Shown one piece after another: positions 9,865-17,958 of a DNA stretch of 64,000 bases. The first letter of the stretch is position 1. Each line of letters opens with the position of its first letter. Made by a program: the position numbers and the translations under genes. The notes beneath the pieces were generated by a model. It was not told the DNA's origin. It made no database searches and worked only from the letters and a program-made list of their open reading frames with translations. The stretch is from a virus: positions 1 to 64,000 of the IMG/VR virus record IMGVR_UViG_3300007734_000761, one strand, 5' to 3'.

Positions 9865-10314
9865 TCATAGTGTCTGTAATAAATCTAACATTCTTTTTAA
9901 TTTGTATGCTTGTTGTGTGTTGATTCTATAATCTTGTAACGATTCAGCAATGTAATTAGCTGCTTTAGTATAACCAAATGTGTCATACAACAATTCTACT
10001 TTATCATGTACTTTTTGATATAATCCTTCACTGCCAATAGTATTGTTGTTACAACCAACTTCAATTTTACGGCTGAATTCTTTAACTCCACCTTTACCAA
10101 TTCGTCCTAAGTTACTACCAAAACCTGGTCTGCGAGCAATTTTGTTGATTTGGTCAGCTGTTTCTTTATCTAAGTGTTGAACAGTATTACCTGTTTTATG
10201 ATACACAATATCTACTGTACCATATGTTTCTACTGTGCTACAATCAACACATTGTTTAAATCCTAATTCAATACGTTTTGTTGGTAAACCACAACCACAA
10301 TTTTTACAATTCAT
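9865..10314 (-). CDS. DksA/TraR-like C4 zinc-finger protein
   Basis: CKNCGCGLPTKRIELGFKQCVDC resembles the CxxCG..IPxxRL..CxxC TraR finger. Confidence 0.65.
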   Translation of the reverse strand: MNCKNCGCGLPTKRIELGFKQCVDCSTVETYGTVDIVYHKTGNTVQHLDKETADQINKIARRPGFGSNLGRIGKGGVKEFSRKIEVGCNNNTIGSEGLYQKVHDKVELLYDTFGYTKAANYIAESLQDYRINTQQAYKLKRMLDLLQTL

Positions 10315-10348
10315 ACTATACCATACACCTTAAATTTTGAAAGGCAAA
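10312..10348 (-). promoter_or_regulatory. class I (early) promoter, leaderless
   Basis: TTGCCT-N16-TATGGT-ATAGT-ATG. Confidence 0.8.
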
Positions 10349-10404
10349 AAAGTTTTTAAAAGATTTTTTTGAGAAAATTTTGAAAAAAATTGAGCTTACA
10401 GGAA

Positions 10405-10824
10405 TCAACCCTGCAAGCTCGCTCTTAATTCTTTAACATGTTTACAGTTACCATTACTTCTCCAAAACCCCATACATGAACACTTAAACTTACCAGTTGC
10501 TGTGTTGAATGTGGTTTTGTATTTGCCGTCTCCTGTTTTAACAGAAATGTCTGCTCTAGGACGTTTTTGAGGTTTCACCCACTCAATGTCTTCTAATGTT
10601 GTGAGTGGGTGAACTTCTTGCCACGTTGGGACTATAATTCGTTTACCGTTTAACGTAACTATAGATGGATTAATGTCTGTTTTAACTTCATATTTAAAAC
10701 ATTGTACTAAACGTGACACAACTTCTTTAACTGGTTTATATGATGTGGTTGTGTTTTCGTTCCACACGATTTCATCAGTTCGTGTTCCATCTCTTTTTAC
10801 TGTAATAACTCTATGTAAAGGCAT
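10405..10824 (-). CDS. SWIM zinc-finger protein
   Basis: CSCMGFWRSNGNCKHV matches CxCxnCxH. Confidence 0.8.
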   Translation of the reverse strand: MPLHRVITVKRDGTRTDEIVWNENTTTSYKPVKEVVSRLVQCFKYEVKTDINPSIVTLNGKRIIVPTWQEVHPLTTLEDIEWVKPQKRPRADISVKTGDGKYKTTFNTATGKFKCSCMGFWRSNGNCKHVKELRASLQG

Positions 10825-10837
10825 AATTTTTATAATT

Positions 10838-10872
10838 TACTACACTATACAAAGAATTTTTTAAAAGGCAAA
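10838..10872 (-). promoter_or_regulatory. class I (early) promoter
   Basis: TTGCCT-N16-TATAGTGTAGT. Confidence 0.78.
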
Positions 10873-10879
10873 AAAATCG

Positions 10880-10993
10880 TTAATCTTCGTCGTCAACGAT
10901 AAATTTCTGTTTTTTCGGTTTTACTTTTTTCTTTAGTTCAGCTAACCAAACTTTAAAAACCGCTAAACGTTGTGTATTACTGTTCTTGCTCAT
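10880..10993 (-). CDS. small basic protein (37 aa, not in ORF track)
   Basis: MSKNSNTQRLAVFKVWLAELKKKVKPKKQKFIVDDED; fills the gap. Confidence 0.5.
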   Translation of the reverse strand: MSKNSNTQRLAVFKVWLAELKKKVKPKKQKFIVDDED

Positions 10994-11231
10994 TCTTCAA
11001 TTCTCCTGTTACTGGATTGATTTGAACGTTTGAACCATAAACAGTTTCTAAATGTTTAAGGAATTGTTCACGTTCAGCAATAGCTTTGTTTGACTGAGCA
11101 ATCCACTCTCTACGTTCTGCTTTCAAGTTTTCAATTTCAATTGTGTACTGGCCTGTTCTAAATGAGGCTTCTTCATACGTTTGAAGAATAGATTGCAATT
11201 TTTCTAGTTCTTCGGGTTTCAATGTGTTCAT
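10977..11231 (-). CDS. coiled-coil hypothetical protein
   Basis: Heptad-rich, ends YG..INPVTGE. Confidence 0.7.
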   Translation of the reverse strand: MNTLKPEELEKLQSILQTYEEASFRTGQYTIEIENLKAERREWIAQSNKAIAEREQFLKHLETVYGSNVQINPVTGELKNEQEQ

Positions 11232-11590
11232 TTTGTTGGATATAAATTATAAAATTTGTTTGTAATATTTCTTTTTAGTTTAGTAATTTTGATGTTAAAA
11301 CGTCTTGCTGCACATTCAATAACATATGTTTTAGGTTTTTCATTCAATGAACGAATATATTGTTTTAATGCCTTACCAAAGTCATTCTTATAAATACTAA
11401 ATAAGAACCAAAACAATTTCTTTTCATTGTAATCACTAAAAATCCATTTACCACCTTTATAAGTAGCAATTTTAGTGTTGTTTGAAGTGCCTTCATGTCC
11501 ACTGTACAACTCAAAATAATCTCGTTGTGTTTTAAATACTAAGTATTCCGTGTCGCTCAAATTGTAAATAAATGTATTATTAATTTCCAT
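11228..11590 (-). CDS. hypothetical protein
   Basis: 120 aa ORF after a class II promoter. Confidence 0.7.
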   Translation of the reverse strand: MEINNTFIYNLSDTEYLVFKTQRDYFELYSGHEGTSNNTKIATYKGGKWIFSDYNEKKLFWFLFSIYKNDFGKALKQYIRSLNEKPKTYVIECAARRFNIKITKLKRNITNKFYNLYPTK

Positions 11591-11606
11591 AACCTTTTAC
11601 TTTAAT

Positions 11607-11635
11607 ATTGTAATAAAAATCATTTAAAAAGCCAA
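11607..11635 (-). promoter_or_regulatory. class II (middle) promoter
   Basis: TTGGCT-N17-TACAAT. Confidence 0.7.
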
Positions 11636-11641
11636 ATTTTA

Positions 11642-11767
11642 TTAAAAGAAATAACCTTTTACATCCCATCCACCTGTTTCTTTTCTGAAATGGTAAATTG
11701 CTTGATAAAGTGAGTAACTATTTTTATTTGTGCCCCAATTACAGTAAGCTTCTATATCTAACATCAT
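11642..11767 (-). CDS. W/Y-rich microprotein B5 (41 aa)
   Basis: MMLDIEAYCNWGTNKNSYSLYQAIYHFRKETGGWDVKGYFF; ATGA overlap with B4. Confidence 0.75.
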   Translation of the reverse strand: MMLDIEAYCNWGTNKNSYSLYQAIYHFRKETGGWDVKGYFF

Positions 11768-11904
11768 ACAAATAACCAATTATATAAATCCACTCCATCA
11801 TCTTTATGAGTAAAATAATTTGACATTTGAATTAAATAAAATAAATGCCAACTATTACCATATTCACGATACATGTCCATTGTTGTAACTTCCCTGTATT
11901 TCAT
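11764..11904 (-). CDS. W/Y-rich microprotein B4 (46 aa)
   Basis: MKYREVTTMDMYREYGNSWHLFYLIQMSNYFTHKDDGVDLYNWLFV; ATGA overlap with B3. Confidence 0.75.
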   Translation of the reverse strand: MKYREVTTMDMYREYGNSWHLFYLIQMSNYFTHKDDGVDLYNWLFV

Positions 11905-12032
11905 AAAAATAGCCATTTACGTATTCCTTCATTCCGTCCTTTTTTCCAAATTCTAAATATTATTAATATTCCCTGAATACAATGAATATGACCCCATTGT
12001 GAATACATAAAAATTTTATCTTCTTTATTCAC
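11901..12032 (-). CDS. W/Y-rich microprotein B3 (43 aa, GTG start)
   Basis: MNKEDKIFMYSQWGHIHCIQGILIIFRIWKKGRNEGIRKWLFL; GTGA overlap with B2. Confidence 0.7.
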   Translation of the reverse strand: MNKEDKIFMYSQWGHIHCIQGILIIFRIWKKGRNEGIRKWLFL

Positions 12033-12163
12033 AGTGATAATATATTAACAATATTCCATCCATAACTTGTTTTTGAACTTAGAACATTTACATAATAAAT
12101 CATACTTTGTGACGCTTTACCCCTATTATAATCTGCCCACAATTCTACTTTTGAAGTTCTCAT
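12029..12163 (-). CDS. W/Y-rich microprotein B2 (44 aa)
   Basis: MRTSKVELWADYNRGKASQSMIYYVNVLSSKTSYGWNIVNILSL. Confidence 0.72.
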   Translation of the reverse strand: MRTSKVELWADYNRGKASQSMIYYVNVLSSKTSYGWNIVNILSL

Positions 12164-12171
12164 TTTACTTA

Positions 12172-12285
12172 TCAAAAAAACATTTTAATTAAAGTCCATC
12201 CTGTGTCAAATTTACCTGTTAAATAAAGCATGTAATAATGTAAGCATTCTCCATCTTTATTGTTGTAATCAGCCCACCACTTCAT
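12172..12285 (-). CDS. W/Y-rich microprotein B1 (37 aa)
   Basis: MKWWADYNNKDGECLHYYMLYLTGKFDTGWTLIKMFF; shares WADYN and GW with B2. Confidence 0.72.
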   Translation of the reverse strand: MKWWADYNNKDGECLHYYMLYLTGKFDTGWTLIKMFF

Positions 12286-12292
12286 TTTTGTT

Positions 12293-13414
12293 CTAAAAGC
12301 CAACTTTTTTATGTCCATTGTCTGTTACAAATTCTTTTTCATCAATATTGTAAATGTCAGCTAATGTCATTGGTTTAGTTGTAGTTTGTTCGTGTCCTAA
12401 GTGTTTCAACAAATTATTAGTTGATTCAACATCTAAACTATCAAATTTATGTTCAGCAATCAAACGACCTTTACGCAACAATGCTGGGTCAATTTTATTT
12501 CTGTTCATGTTAAAACTACAAATGATTTGAATGTTCATTACATCACCCATAATTCCATCAGTCATATTCAAAATGTTACTTACACCAATACTTGAACCAC
12601 TGCCTGATACCCTGTCACTTACTACACGTTCTGCGTCTTCAATTACTAATACACTGTCAGTGTATCTAGCCAAAAATGGAACAAACTCAGGTGAAGTAAT
12701 ACTTTCAGTCAAAAACGGTGGAACAAAAATTACCTTTTTAGTTTTATTTAATTGACTAACTAGCCATTTGATGTAAGTAGTTTTGCCTGTTCCTGGTTCA
12801 CCGTGCAACAATACAAGTCCTTTATTTTTCTTTTTACTTAATTCAGTAGTAATTTTATTATTTACTTCAGTAAAATTCTTACCATAATTTAATTCCAAAT
12901 CCATTTTAGGATTTTTAATGTCAAATTCTTCTAAGTCAAATCCGTTTCTAGTTTGAACAACTAAGTAAATTTGTGACATGTCTTCCTCTTCCTCTTCAAC
13001 AATGTATTTACTAAGTTTTTTAGTAATTTCTAACATTTCGTCTTTATAAGACTTAGTGAAAAATAATCTAACATCAGCGGAATCTTCTTCAATTTCCTCT
13101 ACATCTTCTAATCTCTTTTTATGGAGTTCTTCAATGTTAAAATGCCAATTACCTTCTACTTCTGCAATTACACAACCATCGTTGTTTTGTTTAATGAATA
13201 CTTTATATTTAGTAGACATTTCACCTTTACTAGATTTTAGTTCTTCAGTAATTAAGGTCCAATCATCAAAAATTTCAATTACACTTTTAATAAAATCGTC
13301 TCTAAAACCAAGTTCACTAGCAACTTCACCATAAGCCATTTGAATGTAAGTTGCTGGTTTGAATTGGCTATCGCTAATAACCCCAATTAAATTTTGTTTG
13401 ATAATTTCTTTCAT
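12293..13414 (-). CDS. AAA family ATPase (BCS1-like clade)
   Basis: LLHGEPGTGKT, VLVIEDAE, ILNMTDG, IDPALLRKGRL. Confidence 0.92.
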   Translation of the reverse strand: MKEIIKQNLIGVISDSQFKPATYIQMAYGEVASELGFRDDFIKSVIEIFDDWTLITEELKSSKGEMSTKYKVFIKQNNDGCVIAEVEGNWHFNIEELHKKRLEDVEEIEEDSADVRLFFTKSYKDEMLEITKKLSKYIVEEEEEDMSQIYLVVQTRNGFDLEEFDIKNPKMDLELNYGKNFTEVNNKITTELSKKKNKGLVLLHGEPGTGKTTYIKWLVSQLNKTKKVIFVPPFLTESITSPEFVPFLARYTDSVLVIEDAERVVSDRVSGSGSSIGVSNILNMTDGIMGDVMNIQIICSFNMNRNKIDPALLRKGRLIAEHKFDSLDVESTNNLLKHLGHEQTTTKPMTLADIYNIDEKEFVTDNGHKKVGF

Positions 13415-13436
13415 ATATAACCTTTTATGCCTTTAT

Positions 13437-13465
13437 AGTATAATAAAAGCTTTTTTAAAAACCAA
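13437..13465 (-). promoter_or_regulatory. class II (middle) promoter driving the AAA ATPase and microprotein array B
   Basis: TTGGTT-N17-TATACT. Confidence 0.75.
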
Positions 13466-13467
13466 AT

Positions 13468-14196
13468 TTAAAGTTTTTTTAATTTTAATTCTTCAATTAC
13501 ACAACTAGCCATTTTTCTGTGTCCTGAAGCTGTCATGTGACATAAGAAATCACCACAGTCAGTTCTTGAAATACAATGTGTTTTAATTACAACAGCTCGT
13601 TGAATTGAATCGACTAACATTTGTTGAAAACGAGCATAGCGTTGTGGATAACCTTGATAGGCTTGTCTTGTTCCTACATTAATACATGTTTTAGGATCAA
13701 ATCCTGTAATAACAATAGGTGTTACTTGATTTTTGTTACAAATGTCAACTATAGTTTGAATGTTTTTTACTGATTTTATTGGTGGTCTGTTTCCAGCCAT
13801 GTCATTTGCTCCACCATAAATAAAACAATAGTCAAAGTATTCTGTAACTTTAGCTTTGGCAACACCAACCATCCAAGTTGTTTGTTGTCCACCAACAGCT
13901 GTGTTTAAGTAAGTCATTCCTGTTTGTTTACAAACCTGATGTTGCCATCCGTAATCTGCAGCAGTATGTGAATCACCAATAAATAAAGCTTTTTTACCTC
14001 TTACAGAGGTTAAAGTTACAGGAATCACTTTAGGCGTGTCTATAACATTTGGTTTTACTGTGTCAAAAGCTATAAAAGCTGGCGACACACTAAGTGGAAG
14101 TTGACTTGCTAAAATTGAGGTGTAAATAATTGCTCCCCCAAACACTAATACTAGTGACGTAACTATAATATTTTTCATAAATTTAATTAGTATCAA
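13468..14196 (-). CDS. SGNH/GDSL hydrolase with N-terminal membrane anchor
   Basis: FIGDSHT, AVGG, YGGAND, DFLCH blocks. Confidence 0.88.
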   Translation of the reverse strand: MILIKFMKNIIVTSLVLVFGGAIIYTSILASQLPLSVSPAFIAFDTVKPNVIDTPKVIPVTLTSVRGKKALFIGDSHTAADYGWQHQVCKQTGMTYLNTAVGGQQTTWMVGVAKAKVTEYFDYCFIYGGANDMAGNRPPIKSVKNIQTIVDICNKNQVTPIVITGFDPKTCINVGTRQAYQGYPQRYARFQQMLVDSIQRAVVIKTHCISRTDCGDFLCHMTASGHRKMASCVIEELKLKKL

Positions 14197-14924
14197 AGTC
14201 CTTTCATTAACTTAGGTAAAATTTCAGTTCTAAATTTAGCTCTAATTCCATTTAAGCCTTGAACTGTAGGTGTTTTACCAGTTATTTGTCCAATAATTTT
14301 ACCTACCTCAGCAGCTGTCAATTCTTGGTATCTAGGATCTGTTGTCCATTTTAAAGCATATTTGTGAACTGGATTTTTAATTCCGGTTTCTAATTGTTTT
14401 AATCGTTTTTGAAACACTTCATTGTCCATCATTCCGTCAATGCGTTCTTGAGCTCCCATTTCACCCACAACATCAGCTACAGTTAATGCATCACCTTCTT
14501 TACTTGTTCCAATTGGTTTGTCTAATGAAATTGCTTTTCTTCTTGCTTTTTCTTTACCATAGTTGATAGTAGCATTTCTGATAGCCATTCTAGCATATGC
14601 TCCATATTCATTAGGCTTAGTCCAATCAAATTTTCTACTAGCACGAAGCATGGCTTCACTAGCATAACTAATGAAGTCGTCTACAGGAACACCATTACTA
14701 GCTGCTCCTACTTCTTTATACCATAAAGGCATAAGACGCAAATAACTTGAAATAACTCGTCTTTTTAAGTCTTCTTTAGTTTTGTTATCTACATTAGGAT
14801 CGTTTATTTGTTTTCTTATCGAAACACGTTCTTCACTAGACAATGGATTAAACTCGTCTCCTCTAACAGCCTTAACATATTCGTTCCAAGTAATTTCTAA
14901 TAACAGCTGTTTTAATGTAGTCAT
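14193..14924 (-). CDS. divergent sigma70-family factor with N-terminal LxE leader
   Basis: Region 1.2 NPLSSEER; region 2 VISSYLRL..DDFISYASEAMLRASRKFD..YGAYARMAIRNA; ISLDKPIG; region 4 LTAAEVGKIIG. Confidence 0.82.
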   Translation of the reverse strand: MTTLKQLLLEITWNEYVKAVRGDEFNPLSSEERVSIRKQINDPNVDNKTKEDLKRRVISSYLRLMPLWYKEVGAASNGVPVDDFISYASEAMLRASRKFDWTKPNEYGAYARMAIRNATINYGKEKARRKAISLDKPIGTSKEGDALTVADVVGEMGAQERIDGMMDNEVFQKRLKQLETGIKNPVHKYALKWTTDPRYQELTAAEVGKIIGQITGKTPTVQGLNGIRAKFRTEILPKLMKGL

Positions 14925-14931
14925 ATATAAT

Positions 14932-14992
14932 ATAAATATTAGAAGAGATTTGTTCTCTTATATAATATAATAAATTTATTTTTAAAGTCCAA
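14932..14992 (-). promoter_or_regulatory. tandem class II promoter and class III late motif upstream of the second sigma
   Basis: TTGGAC-N17-TATATT (14964-14992), small hairpin AAGAGA/TCTCTT, then ATATTTAT (14932-14939). Confidence 0.65.
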
Positions 14993-16604
14993 ATCTATTT
15001 CTCTGAGTATTAAAGTTTTGGTTAACCTCCGAAGCAGTAAACGCTTTACCTTGATAAACTTGAACTGTAGATATATCACCCTGGAAATTAGCTGCCCAAC
15101 TTCCTCCTATAATATCAATAGGATTATTATTTCCAGCATTGGTAGGAGAAATAGTAGTATCTAAAACACCATCTACATACATATCCATAGTGTAACCTAC
15201 TTTATTTACCCAAGTAAGCATATGCCAAGCTCCGTTGTTTACAGTTATAGTTCCTTGCCATCCTTTCCAACTATTTATGTTTGAGGGATAAACCCAATAT
15301 ACTATTTTACCTCCATTTATTCCCATCATAGAATAAACCGGACCACCATTTGAGTTAGATAAAACTGAACCAGCTCCTAAACCATTAGCAGCTGTTGTTG
15401 TTTTAACCCAAGCATTTACTGTCCAATTAGAATTTCCATCACCTAATGAAAAACTATAATTAGAATTATCTAATAAAATTCTATCATCAACTCCATCAAA
15501 TGACCAATAACCTCCATTTCCTGAATTATAACTAACTCCGTTTTGAAGAGTACCATTAGTACTACTAGTCATATTGTATGTAGTGGTACCAGTTCTAGGA
15601 TATGATTTTAAATTACCAGCATCCCATAAATGAGTTAAACTACCGGTTACTATAGGAGCTTGAAAATAATTTTGATTAACTTCAGCTTGGGTTAATGCTC
15701 TGTTGTATACTTTAAATACAGCACAGTCCATAGGCATATAATAACCACCATAGCCCCAAGTTGCTATAAACCCATTTCCTCCTGCAAAACTTTTACCACC
15801 TTCTCCACCATATTGTTGACTTAAAGTTTGTAAAATTCCATTAATGTAAATTTTATTATTAGTATAAGAAACATCACTTCTAAATTCAAAAATATAGTGT
15901 GCCCACCTATTAATAACACCTAACGAATTCACTGTAGATTGAGAAATACCATAAACGTCACCCCCACCGGTATTATATCCTATAGTTCCCCCATTGCACC
16001 ATACATCATAAGATGTATTCCACCCACAAAACATTTTTCCACTATACCCATCTCCAATTTTACATAACATTTCAATAGTAGCAATTGTTCCTAAATTAGG
16101 AGCGTAAAAAGGAACATAATCATCTGCTCCGTCAAATACAATAGCTCCGTTTGCATTAAATGTAAGACCATTAGTTAAAGTACCATTATTTGAACCCCCA
16201 CTTACATCATACCAAGTAGTTCCTGTTTTAGGATATGAAGATGCCATACCAGCATTTAAGTTTAATACTAAACCATTAGTTACACTAACAGGAATATCAT
16301 CACTAGAAGCAATAACTATTTTATCTGTTTGAGTAGAAAAGTAATCTAAACAAGCAGCAGCACTACCATATGTTGTTCCAGATATGTGTTTTGTAAAACT
16401 AATTAATGAAGCATCATTTGATGCTACATAAATGCTAGGACCACCAGATGCTTTGTATTGGTATATAACATATCCACCTGAAGGTGGCTCAACAGTAGTA
16501 TAAAAAGTAGATCCGTAGTCAAAGGCACCTGGTCCAATAGCCATGTTACCTTTTCTTAAACTACCTGAAGGAGTAGTTGTGCTGTATTTTACTACTTTAG
16601 GCAT
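14982..16604 (-). CDS. virion protein with two LamG/concanavalin A-like domains
   Basis: Two copies of IVTxGL..DAG..SYPxTGTTW..NGTL.NG..FDGxDD..YNRAL..EV.QNF. Confidence 0.88.
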   Translation of the reverse strand: MPKVVKYSTTTPSGSLRKGNMAIGPGAFDYGSTFYTTVEPPSGGYVIYQYKASGGPSIYVASNDASLISFTKHISGTTYGSAAACLDYFSTQTDKIVIASSDDIPVSVTNGLVLNLNAGMASSYPKTGTTWYDVSGGSNNGTLTNGLTFNANGAIVFDGADDYVPFYAPNLGTIATIEMLCKIGDGYSGKMFCGWNTSYDVWCNGGTIGYNTGGGDVYGISQSTVNSLGVINRWAHYIFEFRSDVSYTNNKIYINGILQTLSQQYGGEGGKSFAGGNGFIATWGYGGYYMPMDCAVFKVYNRALTQAEVNQNYFQAPIVTGSLTHLWDAGNLKSYPRTGTTTYNMTSSTNGTLQNGVSYNSGNGGYWSFDGVDDRILLDNSNYSFSLGDGNSNWTVNAWVKTTTAANGLGAGSVLSNSNGGPVYSMMGINGGKIVYWVYPSNINSWKGWQGTITVNNGAWHMLTWVNKVGYTMDMYVDGVLDTTISPTNAGNNNPIDIIGGSWAANFQGDISTVQVYQGKAFTASEVNQNFNTQRNRFGL

Positions 16605-16605
16605 A

Positions 16606-16884
16606 TTAAGGTCTAGATCCTGACATAGGAGCAGTCCATTCTGGAGTGTCTAAAATAACTAAAAATTCATCATAAGTGTATTCTTGTGATTTAGTAGTCA
16701 AACCAGCTACTGATGATGGTTGAGGCATGTCATACTTAACAAATGTTTTTGTTTCGTCTACTGATTTGCGAACTGTGTTGATGTCTGTTTCAAATACTTG
16801 AGTAAAGTCAATTTGATTAAGTTCTGTTACGTTAAAAATAACAAAACGTCTGTCGGGGTATTCTTGTTGAATTAATGATGCCAT
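16606..16884 (-). CDS. small protein associated with LamG virion genes
   Basis: IDFTQV.ET..TVRKSVDETKTFVKY..EWT; late motif upstream. Confidence 0.7.
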   Translation of the reverse strand: MASLIQQEYPDRRFVIFNVTELNQIDFTQVFETDINTVRKSVDETKTFVKYDMPQPSSVAGLTTKSQEYTYDEFLVILDTPEWTAPMSGSRP

Positions 16885-16895
16885 ATATATAAATA

Positions 16896-17888
16896 TTAAA
16901 GTCCAAAGCGACCTTTTTGAGCGTTGTAGTTTTGGGTAATTTCTGATTGTGATAATACCCTATTATACATTTGAAAACTATAAACATTTCCATCTAACGG
17001 ATAATATGTGCCTCCAATTTGTAAACCTGTTAGATTACCCAATCCAGCACTTCCTCCTTCTATTGTTGTTAATAAATTACCATTTTTGTAAAACTTTATA
17101 TTTCCACTTGATAAACCGTTTCCATTATAGGTCATTGTAAAATGAAAAATCTGATTTGTAGGAAATTCACTAGTAGTTTGGGTAAAGTTCGTTTGGACTG
17201 CAGTGCTATTTTTTATAAAATACCAATAACTTTTTTGATCAGTATAAAATACATTTGTAACAATATAATGTGAACTATTGGATGAATTTAAATTAACTAA
17301 ACATTTATCACCAAGAGTATCGAGTTTCATCCATGAACTAAAGGACCAAGCTCTTGTTGACCAATCAATATTACCAAATGGGGAGGTTACTTGAACGTAA
17401 TCATCTACCCCATCAAACACAATTGAACCACTATTAGTAGAGTTAAATGTGGGTCCATTAGTTAATGTTCCATTATTAGAATTTCCACTTAAATCATACC
17501 AAGTAGTTCCTGTAGTTGGATATGAAGGATCGAACCCAGCATCCACATTTAACACTAAACCATTAGTTACAATTCCCTCATAATTAAAATTAACAACTAT
17601 TTTGTCTGTTTGAGTAGCAAAATAAGCTAAACATTGAGCAGCAGTAGTATAATTAGCTCCTGCTATTTGATTAGTTATACTAATTAATTGTGTATCGTTA
17701 GCAGGACAATAAATGCTTGGTCCACCACTAGCTTTATTTAAATAAATTGTGTAACCACCTGCTGGAGGATTAATTCCTGTGTAAAAAGCATTTCCTGTAT
17801 CAGCAGTATTATTGCTGATTAACATGTTGCCTTTTCTAAGACAACCTGCTTCAGTAGCTCCTGTTGAGTATTTTATTCCGTTAGGCAT
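16896..17888 (-). CDS. virion protein with a single LamG-like domain
   Basis: N-terminal domain paralogous to 14982..16604; LamG motifs; ends QNYNAQKGRFGL. Confidence 0.88.
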   Translation of the reverse strand: MPNGIKYSTGATEAGCLRKGNMLISNNTADTGNAFYTGINPPAGGYTIYLNKASGGPSIYCPANDTQLISITNQIAGANYTTAAQCLAYFATQTDKIVVNFNYEGIVTNGLVLNVDAGFDPSYPTTGTTWYDLSGNSNNGTLTNGPTFNSTNSGSIVFDGVDDYVQVTSPFGNIDWSTRAWSFSSWMKLDTLGDKCLVNLNSSNSSHYIVTNVFYTDQKSYWYFIKNSTAVQTNFTQTTSEFPTNQIFHFTMTYNGNGLSSGNIKFYKNGNLLTTIEGGSAGLGNLTGLQIGGTYYPLDGNVYSFQMYNRVLSQSEITQNYNAQKGRFGL

Positions 17889-17958
17889 TATATAATATAA
17901 ATATAAGACACAAGAAGGAGCATACGCTCCTTCAAGTTGACTTATACATTGTAATTTA

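Noticed and set aside
1546-10872. Recurring ~36 bp motif as a CRISPR array or insertion-sequence ends
   Set aside because: Copies are 0.5-2.6 kb apart, have variable middles and always sit upstream of start codons; no cas operon or transposase
14982-17888. Diversity-generating retroelement target/template in the LamG paralogs
   Set aside because: No reverse transcriptase in the window; similarity is ordinary protein-level paralogy, not an adenine-specific near-identical repeat
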